DNA from: the human T2T-CHM13v2.0 reference genome, Homo sapiens
NCBI RefSeq assembly: GCF_009914755.1
Contig: NC_060948.1
DNA length: 64,000 nt
Reading direction: 5' to 3' (one strand)
Shown in pieces: positions 13,801-28,740 of the stretch. The first letter of the stretch is position 1, and the number at the start of each line of letters is the position of its first letter. Under the pieces are notes generated by a model. The model was not told the DNA's origin. It saw only the letters and a list, made by a program, of their open reading frames with translations, and ran no database searches. Position numbers and translations under genes: made by a program.

Positions 13801-14459
13801 ATATAATGGAGTCGAATGAAATGGAATTGAAAGGAATGGGATCGAATACAATGGAATATACTGGAATGTAATGTAATGAACTCGAATGTAATTGACTGGA
13901 ATGGAATGTACATGAATGGAATGTAATCGAATGGAAAGTAATCCAATGGAATAGAATCTAATGCAATAAAATCGACTCAGATAGAGTAGAATGTAATGGA
14001 ATGGAGTGCAGTGCAAAGGAATGGAATGGAATGGAATGCAATGGAATGGAATGGAATGGAATGGAATGGAATGGAATGGAATGGAATGGAATGGGATGGA
14101 ATGGTATGGAATGGATAGTAATAGACTGGAGTGAAATGGACTGGAAAGGAATGGACTCAAATTGAAAGGGCTCGAAAGGAATGGAGTCAAATGGAATGGT
14201 CTGGAATGGAATGAACACGAATGTAATGCAACCCAATAGAATGGAATCGAATGGCATGGAATATAAAGAAATGGAATCGAAGAGAATGGAAACAAATGGA
14301 ATGGAATTGAATGGAATGGAATTGAATGGAATGGGAACGAATGGAGTGAAATTGTATGCAGTAGAAGAGAATAGAATGGAATGCAAGCGAAAGGAAAGGA
14401 ATGGATTGGAATGGAATGGAATTCATTGGAATGGAAGGGAATGTAGTGTAATGGACAGG
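10886..14459. repeat. DYZ1 unit U4 (3574 bp)
   Basis: HaeIII interval; short allele, n=10; many rare SNVs after ~12100. Confidence 0.93.
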
Positions 14460-17400
14460 CCTGGAATAAAGTGGAATGCTACGGTCTCGAATGGAATAAA
14501 AATGTATGGAATGGAATGCAATGAAACGGAATCGAATGTCATAGAATGTAATGGAATGCAAAAAAATGGAATCCAAAATCATTGACTGGAAAGGCTGGGT
14601 GTCGAAAGGAATTGACTCCAATGGAATGGAATCGAATGGAATGGAAGTGAATAGAATCGAACTAAATCGAATGGAATGGAATTGATAGGAACGGAATGGA
14701 AAAGAATGCAATGATTTGGCATGGAATGGAATCGAATGGCATCGAATGGAATGGAATGGAATGCAATGGAATGGAATGTATTAGAATGGAATGAACTTTA
14801 ATGGAATGTACTCGAATGGATTCGACTGGAATGGAATGTTCTGGAAGTGAATGGACTCCAATGGAATGGATTCAAAAGGAATGGAATCGTACGGAATGGA
14901 ATCTAATGGAATGGAATTAAATGGAAATGAATCAAATTGAATAGCACGGAATTGAATTGAATGGAATGGAATGCAATGGAATCTAATGAAACGGAAAGGA
15001 AAGGAATGGAATGGAATGGAATGGGCTGGAATGGAAAGGAATCGAAACGAATGGAATGGAATCGAAGTGAAGAGACTGGAATGGAATGCACTGGAATGGA
15101 AGGGAGTGTAATGGAAGGTTCTCGAAAAAAATGGAATCGAATGGAATGGAATTGAATGGAACGGAATAGAGTCGAATGGAATTGAATGGAATGGAATGGA
15201 CTAGAGTGAAATGGAATCGAACCACAAGGAATGGACAGGAATAGAATGGTCTCGAATTGAATGGAATCGTATGGAATGGCATCAAACGGAATGGAATGGA
15301 CAGCCACGGAATGGAATGCACTCGAATGCAATGGAGTCGAAACTAATGGACTGGAATAGAATGGACTCGACTGGTACGGACTCCAATGGAATGGAATCGA
15401 ATGGAAGGGAATCGAACGGAATGGACTCGAAGGGAAAAGACTGCAATGGAAAGGTCTCGAATGGAATGGAAATTAATGGAATGGAATGGAATCGAATGAA
15501 ATGGAGTCAAAAGGAATGGAATCGAATGGCAAGAAATCGAATGTAATGGAATCGCCAGGAATTGATGTGAACGGATCGGAATGGAATGGAATCCAAAGGA
15601 ATGGAATAGAATGGAATGGAATCGAATGGAAAGGACTCGAATGGAAATCACTCGAATAGAATGCAATTTAATAAAATAGGATCAAATGTAATGGAATGGA
15701 ATGGAAAGGAATCGAAACGAAAGGAATGGAGACAGATGGAATGGAATGGAACAGAGAGCAATGGTATAGAACGGAATGGAATCATCTGGAATGGAATTGA
15801 ATGGAATGGAATAATATGAAATGGAATGGAATGGAATGGAATGGAATGCCCTTGAATTAAATGGACTGGAATGGAATGGACTCAAACAGAGTGGAATGGA
15901 AAGTGTGGAGATAGAATGGAGTGAACTCCTTTGGAATGGTGTAGTATGCAATGCAATCGACTGGCAGGGAATCAAAAGGAATGTAATCGAATGGATTGGA
16001 CTGGAATGCAATGGACTCGAATAGATTGGAAACGGAATGCAAAGGAATGGAATGGAATAGTATGGAATGCAATGGAAGGGAATGGAGTGGAATAGACTAG
16101 AGTGGAATGGAATGGACTGGAAAGCAATGGACTGGAATGGAACTTTCTTGGATGGACTGGAATCAAACGGAATGGAATGCAATGCAATCAAATGGCATGG
16201 AATAAATTAGAATGAAAGAGAATCAAATGGAATTGAATCGAATGGAATCGAATGGATTGGAAAGGAATAGAATGGAATGGAATGGAATTGACTCAAATGG
16301 AATGGACTAGAATGGAATGGATTCGAATGGAAGGCAAAGGAATGGAATCTATTGGAATGGACTGTAATGGAATGGAATGGAAGGGATTGGAATGGACTCG
16401 AATGGAATGGACTGCAATAGAAAGGATTCGAATGGAATGAAAAAGAATTGAATGGAATAGAACAGAATGGAATCAAATCGAATGAAATGGAATGGAATAG
16501 AAAGGAATGGAATGAAATGGAATGGAAAGGATTCGAATGGAATGCAATCGAATGGAATGGAATCGAACGGAATGGAATAAAATGGAAGAAAACTGGCAAG
16601 AAATGGAATCGAAATGAATGGAGTGTTATGGAACGGACTCAAAAGGAATTGAATGTAATAGAATGGAGTGGAGTGGACTCGAATATAATGGACTGGAATG
16701 GAATGAAATCACATGGAATGGGAACGAATGGAATGGAATGGAAAGGAATGGAATCGAATGGAAAGGAATCGAATGGAAGGAAATGAAATTGAATCAACAC
16801 GAATGGAAGGGAATAGAATAGACTGTAATGGAATGGACTCGAATAGAATGGACACGAATGCTCAAATTAAATGGACTCGAATGGAATGGAAACGAAAGGA
16901 ATGTCATCGAATGGAATTGAATCGATTGGAATGAAATCGCATAGAATGGAGTGGAATCAAATGGAATTGAATCGAAAGGAAAGGAAGCGAATGGACTGAA
17001 ATGAAATGGAATGGAATTGAATGGAAAGTAATGCAATGGAATAGAATGGAACGAAATTTCACGGAATGGAATCAAACTGAATGGAATCAAATCAATGGAA
17101 TCAAATCAAATGGAATGGAAAGGAATTGAATGGAGTAGATGGGATTGGATGGGATTGGAATGAAATGTACTGGAAAGGACTCGAATTTCATGAAACGGAA
17201 TGGAATGAATTGGAACGGAATGGACTCGAATGGAATGGAATGTCATGGGATGGCATCAAATGGAATGGCATCAAATGGAATGGAATCGAATGCAATGGAA
17301 TGCTATGGAATGGAATGGAATGCATTGGAATGGAATGTCCTCTAATGGAATGGATTCGAGTGGAATGGAATTGAATATAATGGAGTCGAATGAAATGGAA

Positions 17401-18028
17401 TTGAAAGGAATGGGATCGAATACAATGGAATATACTGGAATGTAACGTAATGAACTCGAATGTAATTGACTGGAATGGAATGTACATGAATGGAATGTAA
17501 CCGAATGGAAAGTAATCCAATGGAATAGAATCTAATGCAATAAAATCGACTAAGATAGAGTAGAATGTAATGGAATGGAGTGCAGTGCAATGGAATGGAA
17601 TGGAATGGAATGCAATGGAATGGAATGGAATGGAATGGAATGGAATGGAATGGAATGGAATGGGATGGAATGGTATGGAATGGATAGTAATGGACTGGAG
17701 TGAAATGGACTGGAAAGGAATGGACTCAAATTGAAAGGGCTCGAAAGGAATGGAGTCAAATGGAATGGTCTGGAATGGAATGAACACGAATGTAATGCAA
17801 CCCAATAGAATGGAATCGAATGGCATGGAATATAAAGAAATGGAATCGAAGAGAATGGAAACAAATGGAATGGAATTGAATGGAATGGAATTGAATGGAA
17901 TGGGAACGAATGGAGTGAAATTGTATGCAGTAGAAGAGAATAGAATGGAATGCAAGCGAAAGGAAAGGAATGGATTGGAATGGAATGGAATTCATTGGAA
18001 TGGAAGGGAATGTAGTGTAATGGACAGG
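14460..18028. repeat. DYZ1 unit U5 (3569 bp)
   Basis: HaeIII interval; short allele, n=9. Confidence 0.93.
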
Positions 18029-21000
18029 CCTGGAATAAAGTGGAATGCTACGGTCTCGAATGGAATAAAAATGTATGGAATGGAATGCAATGAAACGGAA
18101 TCGAATGTCATAGAATGTAATGGAATGCAAAAAAATGGAATCCAAAATCATTGACTGGAAAGGCTGGGTGTCGAAAGGAATTGACTCCAATGGAATGGAA
18201 TCGAATGGAATGGAAGTGAATAGAATCGAACTAAATCGAATGGAATGGAATTGATAGGAACGGAATGGAAAGGAATGCAATGATTTGGTATGGAATGGAA
18301 TCGAATGGCATCGAATGGAATGGAATGGAATGCAATGGAATGGAATGTATTAGAATGTAATGAACTTTAATGGAATGTACTCGAATGGATTCGACTGGAA
18401 TGGAATGTTCTGGAAGTGAATGGACTCCAATGGAATGGATTCAAAAGGAATGGAATCGTACGGAATGGAATCTAATGGAATGCAATTAAATGGAAATGAA
18501 TCAAATTGAATAGCACGGAATTGAATTGAATGGAATGGAATGCAATGGAATCTAATGAAACGGAAAGGAAAGGAATGGAATGGAATGGAATGGGCTGGAA
18601 TGCAAAGGAATCGAAACGAATGGAATGGAATCGAACTGAAGAGACTGGAATGGAATGCACTGGAATGGAAGGGAGTGTAATGGAAGGTTGTCGAAAAAAA
18701 TGGAATCGAATGGAATGGAATTGAATGGAACGGAATAGAGTCGAATGGAATTGAATGGAATGGAATGGACTAGAGTGAAATGGAATCGAACCACAAGGAA
18801 TGGACAGGAATAGAATGGTCTCGAATTGAATGGAATCGTATGGAATGGCATCAAACGGAATGGAATGGACAGCCACGGAATGGAATGCACTCGAATGCAA
18901 TGGAGTCGAAACTAATGGACTGGAATAGAATGGACTCGACTGGTACGGACTCCAATGGAATGGAATCGAATGGAAGGGAATCGAACGGAAGGGAATCGAA
19001 CGGAATGGACTCGAAGGGAAAAGACTGCAATGGAAAGGTCTCGAATGGAATGGAAATTAATGGAATGGAATGGAATCGAATGAAATGGAGTCAAAAGGAA
19101 TGGAATCGAATGGCAAGAAATCTAATGTAATGGAATCGCCAGGAATTGATGTGAACGGAACGGAATGGAATGGAATCCAAAGGAATGGAATAGAATGGAA
19201 TGGAATCGAATGGAAAGGACTCGAATGGAAATCACTCGAATAGAATGCAATTTAATAAAATAGGATCAAATGGAATGGAATGGAATGGAAAGGAATTGAA
19301 ACGAAAGGAATGGAGACAGATGGAATGGAATGGAACAGAGAGCAATGGTATAGAATGGAATGGAATCATCTGGAATGGAATTGAATGGAATGGAATAATA
19401 TGAAATGGAATGGAATGGAATGGAATGGAATGCCCTTGAATTAAATGGACTGGAATGGAATGGACTCAAACAGAGTGGAATGGAAAGTGTGGAGATAGAA
19501 TGGAATGAACTCCTTTGGAATGGTGTAGTATGCAATGCAATCGACTGGCAGGGAATCAAAAGGAATGTAATCGAATGGATTGGACTGGAATGCAATGGAC
19601 TGGAATAGATTGGAAACGGAATGCAGAGGAATGGAATGGAATAGTATGGAATGCAATGGAAGGGAATGGAGTGGAATAGACTAGAGTGGAATGGAATGGA
19701 CTGGAAAGCAATGGACTGGAATGGAACTTTCTTGTATGGACTGGAATCAAACGGAATGGAATGCAATGCAATCAAATGGCATGGAATAAAATAGAATGAA
19801 AGAGAATCAAATGGAATTGAATCGAATGGAATCGAATGGATTGGAAAGGAATAGAATGGAATGGAATGGAATTGACTCAAATGGAATGGACTAGAATGGA
19901 ATGGATTCGAATGGAAGGCAAAGGAATGGAATCTATTGGAATGGACTGTAATGGAATGGAATGGAAGGGATTGGAATGGACTCGAATGGAATGGACTGCA
20001 ATAGAAAGGATTCGAATGGAATGAAAAAGAATTGAATGGAATAGAACAGAATGGAATCAAATCGAATGAAATGGAATGGAATAGAAAGGAATGGAATGAA
20101 ATGGAATGGAAAGGATTCGAATGGAATGCAATCGAATGGAATGGAATCGAACGGAATGGAATAAAATGGAAGAAAACTGGCAAGAAATGGAATCGAAATG
20201 AATGGAGTGTTATGGAACGGACTCAAAAGGAATTGAATGTAATAGAATGGAGTGGAGTGGACTCGAATATAATGGACTGGAATGGAATGAAATCACATGG
20301 AATGGGAACGAATGGAATGGAATGGAAAGGAATGGAATCGAATGGAAAGGAATCGAATGGAAGGGAATGAAATTGAATCAACACGAATGGAAGGGAATAG
20401 AATAGACTGTAATGGAATGGACTCGAATAGAATGGACACGAATGCTCAAATTAAATGGACTCGAATGGAATGGAAACGAAAGGAATGTCATCGAATGGAA
20501 TTGAATCGATTGGAATGAAATCGCATAGAATGGAGTGGAATCAAATGGAATTGAATCGAAAGGAAAGGAAGCGAATGGACTGAAATGAAATGGAATGGAA
20601 TTGAATGGAAAGTAATGCAATGGAATAGAATGGAACGAAATTTCACGGAATGGAATCAAACTGAATGGAATCAAATCAATGGAATCAAATCAAATGGAAT
20701 GGAAAGGAATTGAATGGAGTAGATGGGATTGGATGGGATTGGAATGAAATGTACTGGAAAGGACTCGAATTTCATGAAACGGAATGGAATGAATTGGAAC
20801 GGAATGGACTCGAATGGAATGGAATGTCATGGGATGGCATCAAATGGAATGGCATCAAATGGAATGGAATCGAATACAATGGAATGCTATGGAATGGAAT
20901 GGAATGCATTGGAATGGAATGTCCTCTAATGGAATGGATTCGAGTGGAATGGAATTGAATATAATGGAGTCGAATGAAATGGAATTGAAAGGAATGGGAT

Positions 21001-21612
21001 CGAATACAATGGAATATACTGGAATGTAACGTAATGAACTCGAATGTAATTGACTGGAATGGAATGTACATGAATGGAATGTAATCGAATGGAAAGTAAT
21101 CCAATGGAATAGAATCTAATGCAATAAAATCGACTCAGATAGAGTAGAATGTAATGGAATGGAGTGCAGTGCAATGGAATGGAATGGAATGGAATGCAAT
21201 GGAATGGAATGGAATGGAATGGAATGGAATGGAATGGAATGGAATGGGATGGAATGGTATGGAATGGATAGTAATAGACTGGAGTGAAATGGACTGGAAA
21301 GGAATGGACTCAAATTGAAAGGGCTCGAAAGGAATGGAGTCAAATGGAATGGTCTGGAATGGAATGAACACGAATGTAATGCAACCCAATAGAATGGAAT
21401 CGAATGGCATGGAATATAAAGAAATGGAATCGAAGAGAATGGAAACAAATGGAATGGAATTGAATGGAATGGAATTGAATGGAATGGGAACGAATGGAGT
21501 GAAATTGTATGCAGTAGAAGAGAATAGAATGGAATGCAAGCGAAAGGAAAGGAATGGATTGGAATGGAATGGAATTCATTGGAATGGAAGGGAATGTAGT
21601 GTAATGGACAGG
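18029..21612. repeat. DYZ1 unit U6 (3584 bp)
   Basis: HaeIII interval; long allele, n=9. Confidence 0.93.
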
Positions 21613-24600
21613 CCTGGAATAAAGTGGAATGCTACGGTCTCGAATGGAATAAAAATGTATGGAATGGAATGCAATGAAACGGAATCGAATGTCATAGAAT
21701 GTAATGGAATGCAAAAAAATGGAATCCAAAATCATTGACTGGAAAGGCTGGGTGTCGAAAGGAATTGACTCCAATGGAATGGAATCGAATGGAATGGAAG
21801 TGAATAGAATCGAACTAAATCGAATGGAATGGAATTGATAGGAACGGAATGGAAAAGAATGCAATGATTTGGCATGGAATGGAATCGAATGGCATCGAAT
21901 GGAATGGAATGGAATGCAATGGAATGGAATGTATTAGAATGGAATGAACTTTAATGGAATGTACTCGAATGGATTCGACTGGAATGGAATGTTCTGGAAG
22001 TGAATGGACTCCAATGGAATGGATTCAAAAGGAATGGAATCGTACGGAATGGAATCTAATGGAATGGAATTAAATGGAAATGAATCAAATTGAATAGCAC
22101 GGAATTGAATTGAATGGAACGGAATGCAATGGAATCTAATGAAACGGAAAGGAAAGGAATGGAATGGAATGGAATGGGCTGGAATGGAAAGGAATCGAAA
22201 CGAATGGAATGGAATCGAACTGAAGAGACTGGAATGGAATGCACTGGAATGGAAGGGAGTGTAATGGAAGGTTGTCGAAAAAAATGGAATCGAATGGAAT
22301 GGAATTGAATGGAACGGAATAGAGTCGAATGGAATTGAATGGAATGGAATGGACTAGAGTGAAATGGAATCGAACCACAAGGAATGGACAGGAATAGAAT
22401 GGTCTCGAATTGAATGGAATCGTATGGAATGGCATCAAACGGAATGGAATGGACAGCCACGGAATGGAATGCACTCGAATGCAATGGAGTCGAAACTAAT
22501 GGACTGGAATAGAATGGACTCGACTGGTACGGACTCCAATGGAATGGAATCGAATGGACGGGAATCGAACGGAATGGACTCGAAGGGAAAAGACTGCAAT
22601 GGAAAGGTCTCGAATGGAATGGAAATTAATGGAATGGAATGGAATCGAATGAAATGGAGTCAAAAGGAATGGAATCGAATGGCAAGAAATCGAATGTAAT
22701 GGAATCGCCAGGAATTGATGTGAACGGAACGGAATGGAATGGAATCCAAAGGAATGGAATAGAATGGAATGGAATCGAATGGAAAGGACTCGAATGGAAA
22801 TCACTCGAATAGAATGCAATTTAATAAAATAGGATCAAATGTAATGGAATGGAATGGAAAGGAATCGAAACGAAAGGAATGGAGACAGATGGAATGGAAT
22901 GGAACAGAGAGCAATGGTATAGAACGGAATGGAATCATCTGGAATGGAATTGAATGGAATGGAATAATATGAAATGGAATGGAATGGAATGGAATGGAAT
23001 GCCCTTGAATTAAATGGACTGGAATGGAATGGACTCAAACAGAGTGGAATGGAAAGTGTGGAGATAGAATGGAATGAACTCCTTTGGAATGGTGTAGTAT
23101 GCAATGCAATCGACTGGCAGGGAATCAAAAGGAATGTAATCGAATGGATTGGACTGGAATGCAATGGACTCGAATAGATTGGAAACGGAATGCAAAGGAA
23201 TGGAATGGAATAGTATGGAATGCAATGGAAGGGAATGGAGTGGAATAGACTAGAGTGGAATGGAATGGACTGGAAAGCAATGGACTGGAATGGAACTTTC
23301 TTGGATGGACTGGAATCAAACGGAATGGAATGCAATGCAATCAAATGGCATGGAATAAATTAGAATGAAAGAGAATCAAATGGAATTGAATCGAATGGAA
23401 TCGAATGGATTGGAAAGGAATAGAATGGAATGGAATGGAATTGACTCAAATGGAATGGACTAGAATGGAATGGATTCGAATGGAAGGCAAAGGAATGGAA
23501 TCTATTGGAATGGACTGTAATGGAATGGAATGGAAGGGATTGGAATGGACTCGAATGGAATGGACTGCAATAGAAAGGATTCGAATGGAATGAAAAAGAA
23601 TTGAATGGAATAGAACAGAATGGAATCAAATCGAATGAAATGGAATGGAATAGAAAGGAATGGAATGAAATGGAATGGAAAGGATTCGAATGGAATGCAA
23701 TCGAATGGAATGGAATCGAACGGAATGGAATAAAATGGAAGAAAACTGGCAAGAAATGGAATCGAAATGAATGGAGTGTTATGGAACGGACTCAAAAGGA
23801 ATTGAATGTAATAGAATGGAGTGGAGTGGACTCGAATATAATGGACTGGAATGGAATGAAATCACATGGAATGGGAACGAATGGAATGGAATGGAAAGGA
23901 ATGGAATCGAATGGAAAGGAATCGAATGGAAGGGAATGAAATTGAATCAACACGAATGGAAGGGAATAGAATAGACTGTAATGGAATGGACTCGAATAGA
24001 ATGGACACGAATGCTCAAATTAAATGGACTCGAATGGAATGGAAACGAAAGGAATGTCATCGAATGGAATTGAATCGATTGGAATGAAATCGCATAGAAT
24101 GGAGTGGAATCAAATGGAATTGAATCGAAAGGAAAGGAAGCGAATGGACTGAAATGAAATGGAATGGAATTGAATGGAAAGTAATGCAATGGAATAGAAT
24201 GGAACGAAATTTCACGGAATGGAATCAAACTGAATGGAATCAAATCAATGGAATCAAATCAAATGGAATGGAAAGGAATTGAATGGAGTAGATGGGATTG
24301 GATGGGATTGGAATGAAATGTACTGGAAAGGACTCGAATTTCATGAAACGGAATGGAATGAATTGGAACGGAATGGACTCGAATGGAATGGAATGTCATG
24401 GGATGGCATCAAATGGAATGGCATCAAATGGAATGGAATCGAATGCAATGGAATGCTATGGAATGGAATGGAATGCATTGGAATGGAATGTCCTCTAATG
24501 GAATGGATTCGAGTGGAATGGAATTGAATATAATGGAGTCGAATGAAATGGAATTGAAAGGAATGGGATCGAATACAATGGAATATACTGGAATGTAACG

Positions 24601-25171
24601 TAATGAACTCGAATGTAATTGACTGGAATGGAATGTACATGAATGGAATGTAATCGAATGGAAAGTAATCCAATGGAATAGATTCTAATGCAATAAAATC
24701 GACTCAGATAGAGTAGAATGTAATGGAATGGAGTGCAGTGCAATGGAATGGAATGGAATGGAATGCAATGGAATGGAATGGAATGGAATGGAATGGAATG
24801 GAATGGGATGGAATGGTATGGAATGGATAGTAATGGACTGGAGTGAAATGGACTGGAAAGGAATGGACTCAAATTGAAAGGGCTCGAAAGGAATGGAGTC
24901 AAATGGAATGGTCTGGAATGGAATGAACACGAATGTAATGCAACCCAATAGAATGGAATCGAATGGCATGGAATATAAAGAAATGGAATCGAAGAGAATG
25001 GAAACAAAGGGAATGGAATTGAATGGAATGGAATTGAATGGAATGGGAACGAATGGAGTGAAATTGTATGCAGTAGAAGAGAATAGAATGGAATGCAAGC
25101 GAAAGGAAAGGAATGGATTGGAATGGAATGGAATTCATTGGAATGGAAGGGAATGTAGTGTAATGGACAGG
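21613..25171. repeat. DYZ1 unit U7 (3559 bp)
   Basis: HaeIII interval; short allele, n=7. Confidence 0.93.
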
Positions 25172-28100
25172 CCTGGAATAAAGTGGAATGCTACGGTCTC
25201 GAATGGAATAAAAATGTATGGAATGGAATGCAATGAAACGGAATCGAATGTCATAGAATGTAATGGAATGCAAAAAAATGGAATCCAAAATCATTGACTG
25301 GAAAGGCTGGGTGTCGAAAGGAATTGACTCCAATGGAATGGAATCGAATGGAATGGAAGTGAATAGAATCGAACTAAATCGAATGGAATGGAATTGATAG
25401 GAACGGAATGGAAAGGAATGCAATGATTTGGCATGGAATGGAATCGAATGGCATCGAATGGAATGGAATGGAATGCAATGGAATGGAATGTATTAGAATG
25501 TAATGAACTTTAATGGAATGTACTCGAATGGATTCGACTGGAATGGAATGTTCTGGAAGTGAATGGACTCCAATGGAATGGATTCAAAAGGAATGGAATC
25601 GTACGGAATGGAATCTAATGGAATGGAATTAAATGGAAATGAATCAAATTGAATAGCACGGAATTGAATTGAATGGAATGGAATGCAATGGAATCTAATG
25701 AAACGGAAAGGAAAGGAATGGAATGGAATGGAATGGGCTGGAATGGAAAGGAATCGAAACGAATGGAATGGAATCGAACTGAAGAGACTGGAATGGAATG
25801 CACTGGAATGGAAGGGAGTGTAATGGAAGGTTGTCGAAAAAAATGGAATCGAATGGAATGGAATTGAATGGAACGGAATAGAGTCGAATGGAATTGAATG
25901 GAATGGAATGGACTAGAGTGAAATGGAATCGAACCACAAGGAATGGACAGGAATAGAATGGTCTCGAATTGAATGGAATCGTATGGAATGGCATCAAACG
26001 GAATGGAATGGACAGCCACGGAATGGAATGCACTCGAATGCAATGGAGTCGAAACTAATGGACTGGAATAGAATGGACTCGACTGGTACGGACTCCAATG
26101 GAATGGAATCGAATGGAAGGGAATCGAACGGAATGGACTCGAAGGGAAAAGACTGCAATGGAAAGGTCTCGAATGGAATGGAAATTAATGGAATGGAATG
26201 GAATCGAATGAAATGGAGTCAAAAGGAATGGAATCGAATGGCAAGAAATCGAATGTAATGGAATCGCCAGGAATTGATGTGAACGGAACGGAATGGAATG
26301 GAATCCAAAGGAATGGAATAGAATGGAATGGAATCGAATGGAAAGGACTCGAATGGAAATCACTCGAATAGAATGCAATTTAATAAAATAGGATCAAATG
26401 TAATGGAATGGAATGGAAAGGAATCGAAACGAAAGGAATGGAGACAGATGGAATGGAATGGAACAGAGAGCAATGGTATAGAACGGAATGGAATCATCTG
26501 GAATGGAATTGAATGGAATGGAATAATATGAAATGGAATGGAATGGAATGGAATGGAATGCCCTTGAATTAAATGGACTGGAATGGAATGGACTCAAACA
26601 GAGTGGAATGGAAAGTGTGGAGATAGAATGGAATGAACTCCTTTGGAATGGTGTAGTATGCAATGCAATCGACTGGCAGGGAATCAAAAGGAATGTAATC
26701 GAATGGATTGGACTGGAATGCAATGGACTCGAATAGATTGGAAACGGAATGCAAAGGAATGGAATGGAATAGTATGGAATGCAATGGAAGGGAATGGAGT
26801 GGAATAGACTAGAGTGGAATGGAATGGACTGGAAAGCAATGGACTGGAATGGAACTTTCTTGGATGGACTGGAATCAAACGGAATGGAATGCAATGCAAT
26901 CAAATGGCATGGAATAAATTAGAATGAAAGAGAATCAAATGGAATTGAATCGAATGGAATCGAATGGATTGGAAAGGAATAGAATGGAATGGAATGGAAT
27001 TGACTCAAATGGAATGGACTAGAATGGAATGGATTCGAATGGAAGGCAAAGGAATGGAATCTATTGGAATGGACTGTAATGGAATGGAATGGAAGGGATT
27101 GGAATGGACTCGAATGGAATGGACTGCAATAGAAAGGATTCGAATGGAATGAAAAAGAATTGAATGGAATAGAACAGAATGGAATCAAATCGAATGAAAT
27201 GGAATGGAATAGAAAGGAATGGAATGAAATGGAATGGAAAGGATTCGAATGGAATGCAATCGAATGGAATGGAATCGAACGGAATGGAATAAAATGGAAG
27301 AAAACTGGCAAGAAATGGAATCGAAATGAATGGAGTGTTATGGAACGGACTCAAAAGGAATTGAATGTAATAGAATGGAGTGGAGTGGACTCGAATATAA
27401 TGGACTGGAATGGAATGAAATCACATGGAATGGGAACGAATGGAATGGAATGGAAAGGAATGGAATCGAATGGAAAGGAATCGAATGGAAGGGAATGAAA
27501 TTGAATCAACACGAATGGAAGGGAATAGAATAGACTGTAATGGAATGGACTCGAATAGAATGGACACGAATGCTCAAATTAAATGGACTCGAATGGAATG
27601 GAAACGAAAGGAATGTCATCGAATGGAATTGAATCAATTGGAATGAAATCGCATAGAATGGAGTGGAATCAAATGGAATTGAATCGAAAGGAAAGGAAGC
27701 GAATGGACTGAAATGAAATGGAATGGAATTGAATGGAAAGTAATGCAATGGAATAGAATGGAACGAAATTTCACGGAATGGAATCAAACTGAATGGAATC
27801 AAATCAATGGAATCAAATCAAATGGAATGGAAAGGAATTGAATGGAGTAGATGGGATTGGATGGGATTGGAATGAAATGTACTGGAAAGGACTCGAATTT
27901 CATGAAACGGAATGGAATGAATTGGAACGGAATGGACTCGAATGGAATGGAATGTCATGGGATGGCATCAAATGGAATGGCATCAAATGGAATGGAATCG
28001 AATGCAATGGAATGCTATGGAATGGAATGGAATGCATTGGAATGGAATGTCCTCTAATGGAATGGATTCGAGTGGAATGGAATTGAATATAATGGAGTCG

Positions 28101-28740
28101 AATGAAATGGAATTGAAAGGAATGGGATCGAATACAATGGAATATACTGGAATGTAACGTAATGAACTCGAATGTAATTGACTGGAATGGAATGTACATG
28201 AATGGAATGTAATCGAATGGAAAGTAATCCAATGGAATAGATTCTAATGCAATAAAATCGACTCAGATAGAGTAGAATGTAATGGAATGGAGTGCAGTGC
28301 AATGGAATGGAATGGAATGGAATGCAATGGAATGGAATGGAATGGAATGGAATGGAATGGAATGGAATGGAATGGGATGGAATGGTATGGAATGGATAGT
28401 AATGGACTGGAGTGAAATGGACTGGAAAGGAATGGACTCAAATTGAAAGGGCTCGAAAGGAATGGAGTCAAATGGAATGGTCTGGAATGGAATGAACACG
28501 AATGTAATGCAACCCAATAGAATGGAATCGAATGGCATGGAATATAAAGAAATGGAATCGAAGAGAATGGAAACAAAGGGAATGGAATTGAATGGAATGG
28601 AATTGAATGGAATGGGAACGAATGGAGTGAAATTGTATGCAGTAGAAGAGAATAGAATGGAATGCAAGCGAAAGGAAAGGAATGGATTGGAATGGAATGG
28701 AATTCATTGGAATGGAAGGGAATGTAGTGTAATGGACAGG
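25172..28740. repeat. DYZ1 unit U8 (3569 bp)
   Basis: HaeIII interval; short allele, n=9. Confidence 0.93.
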
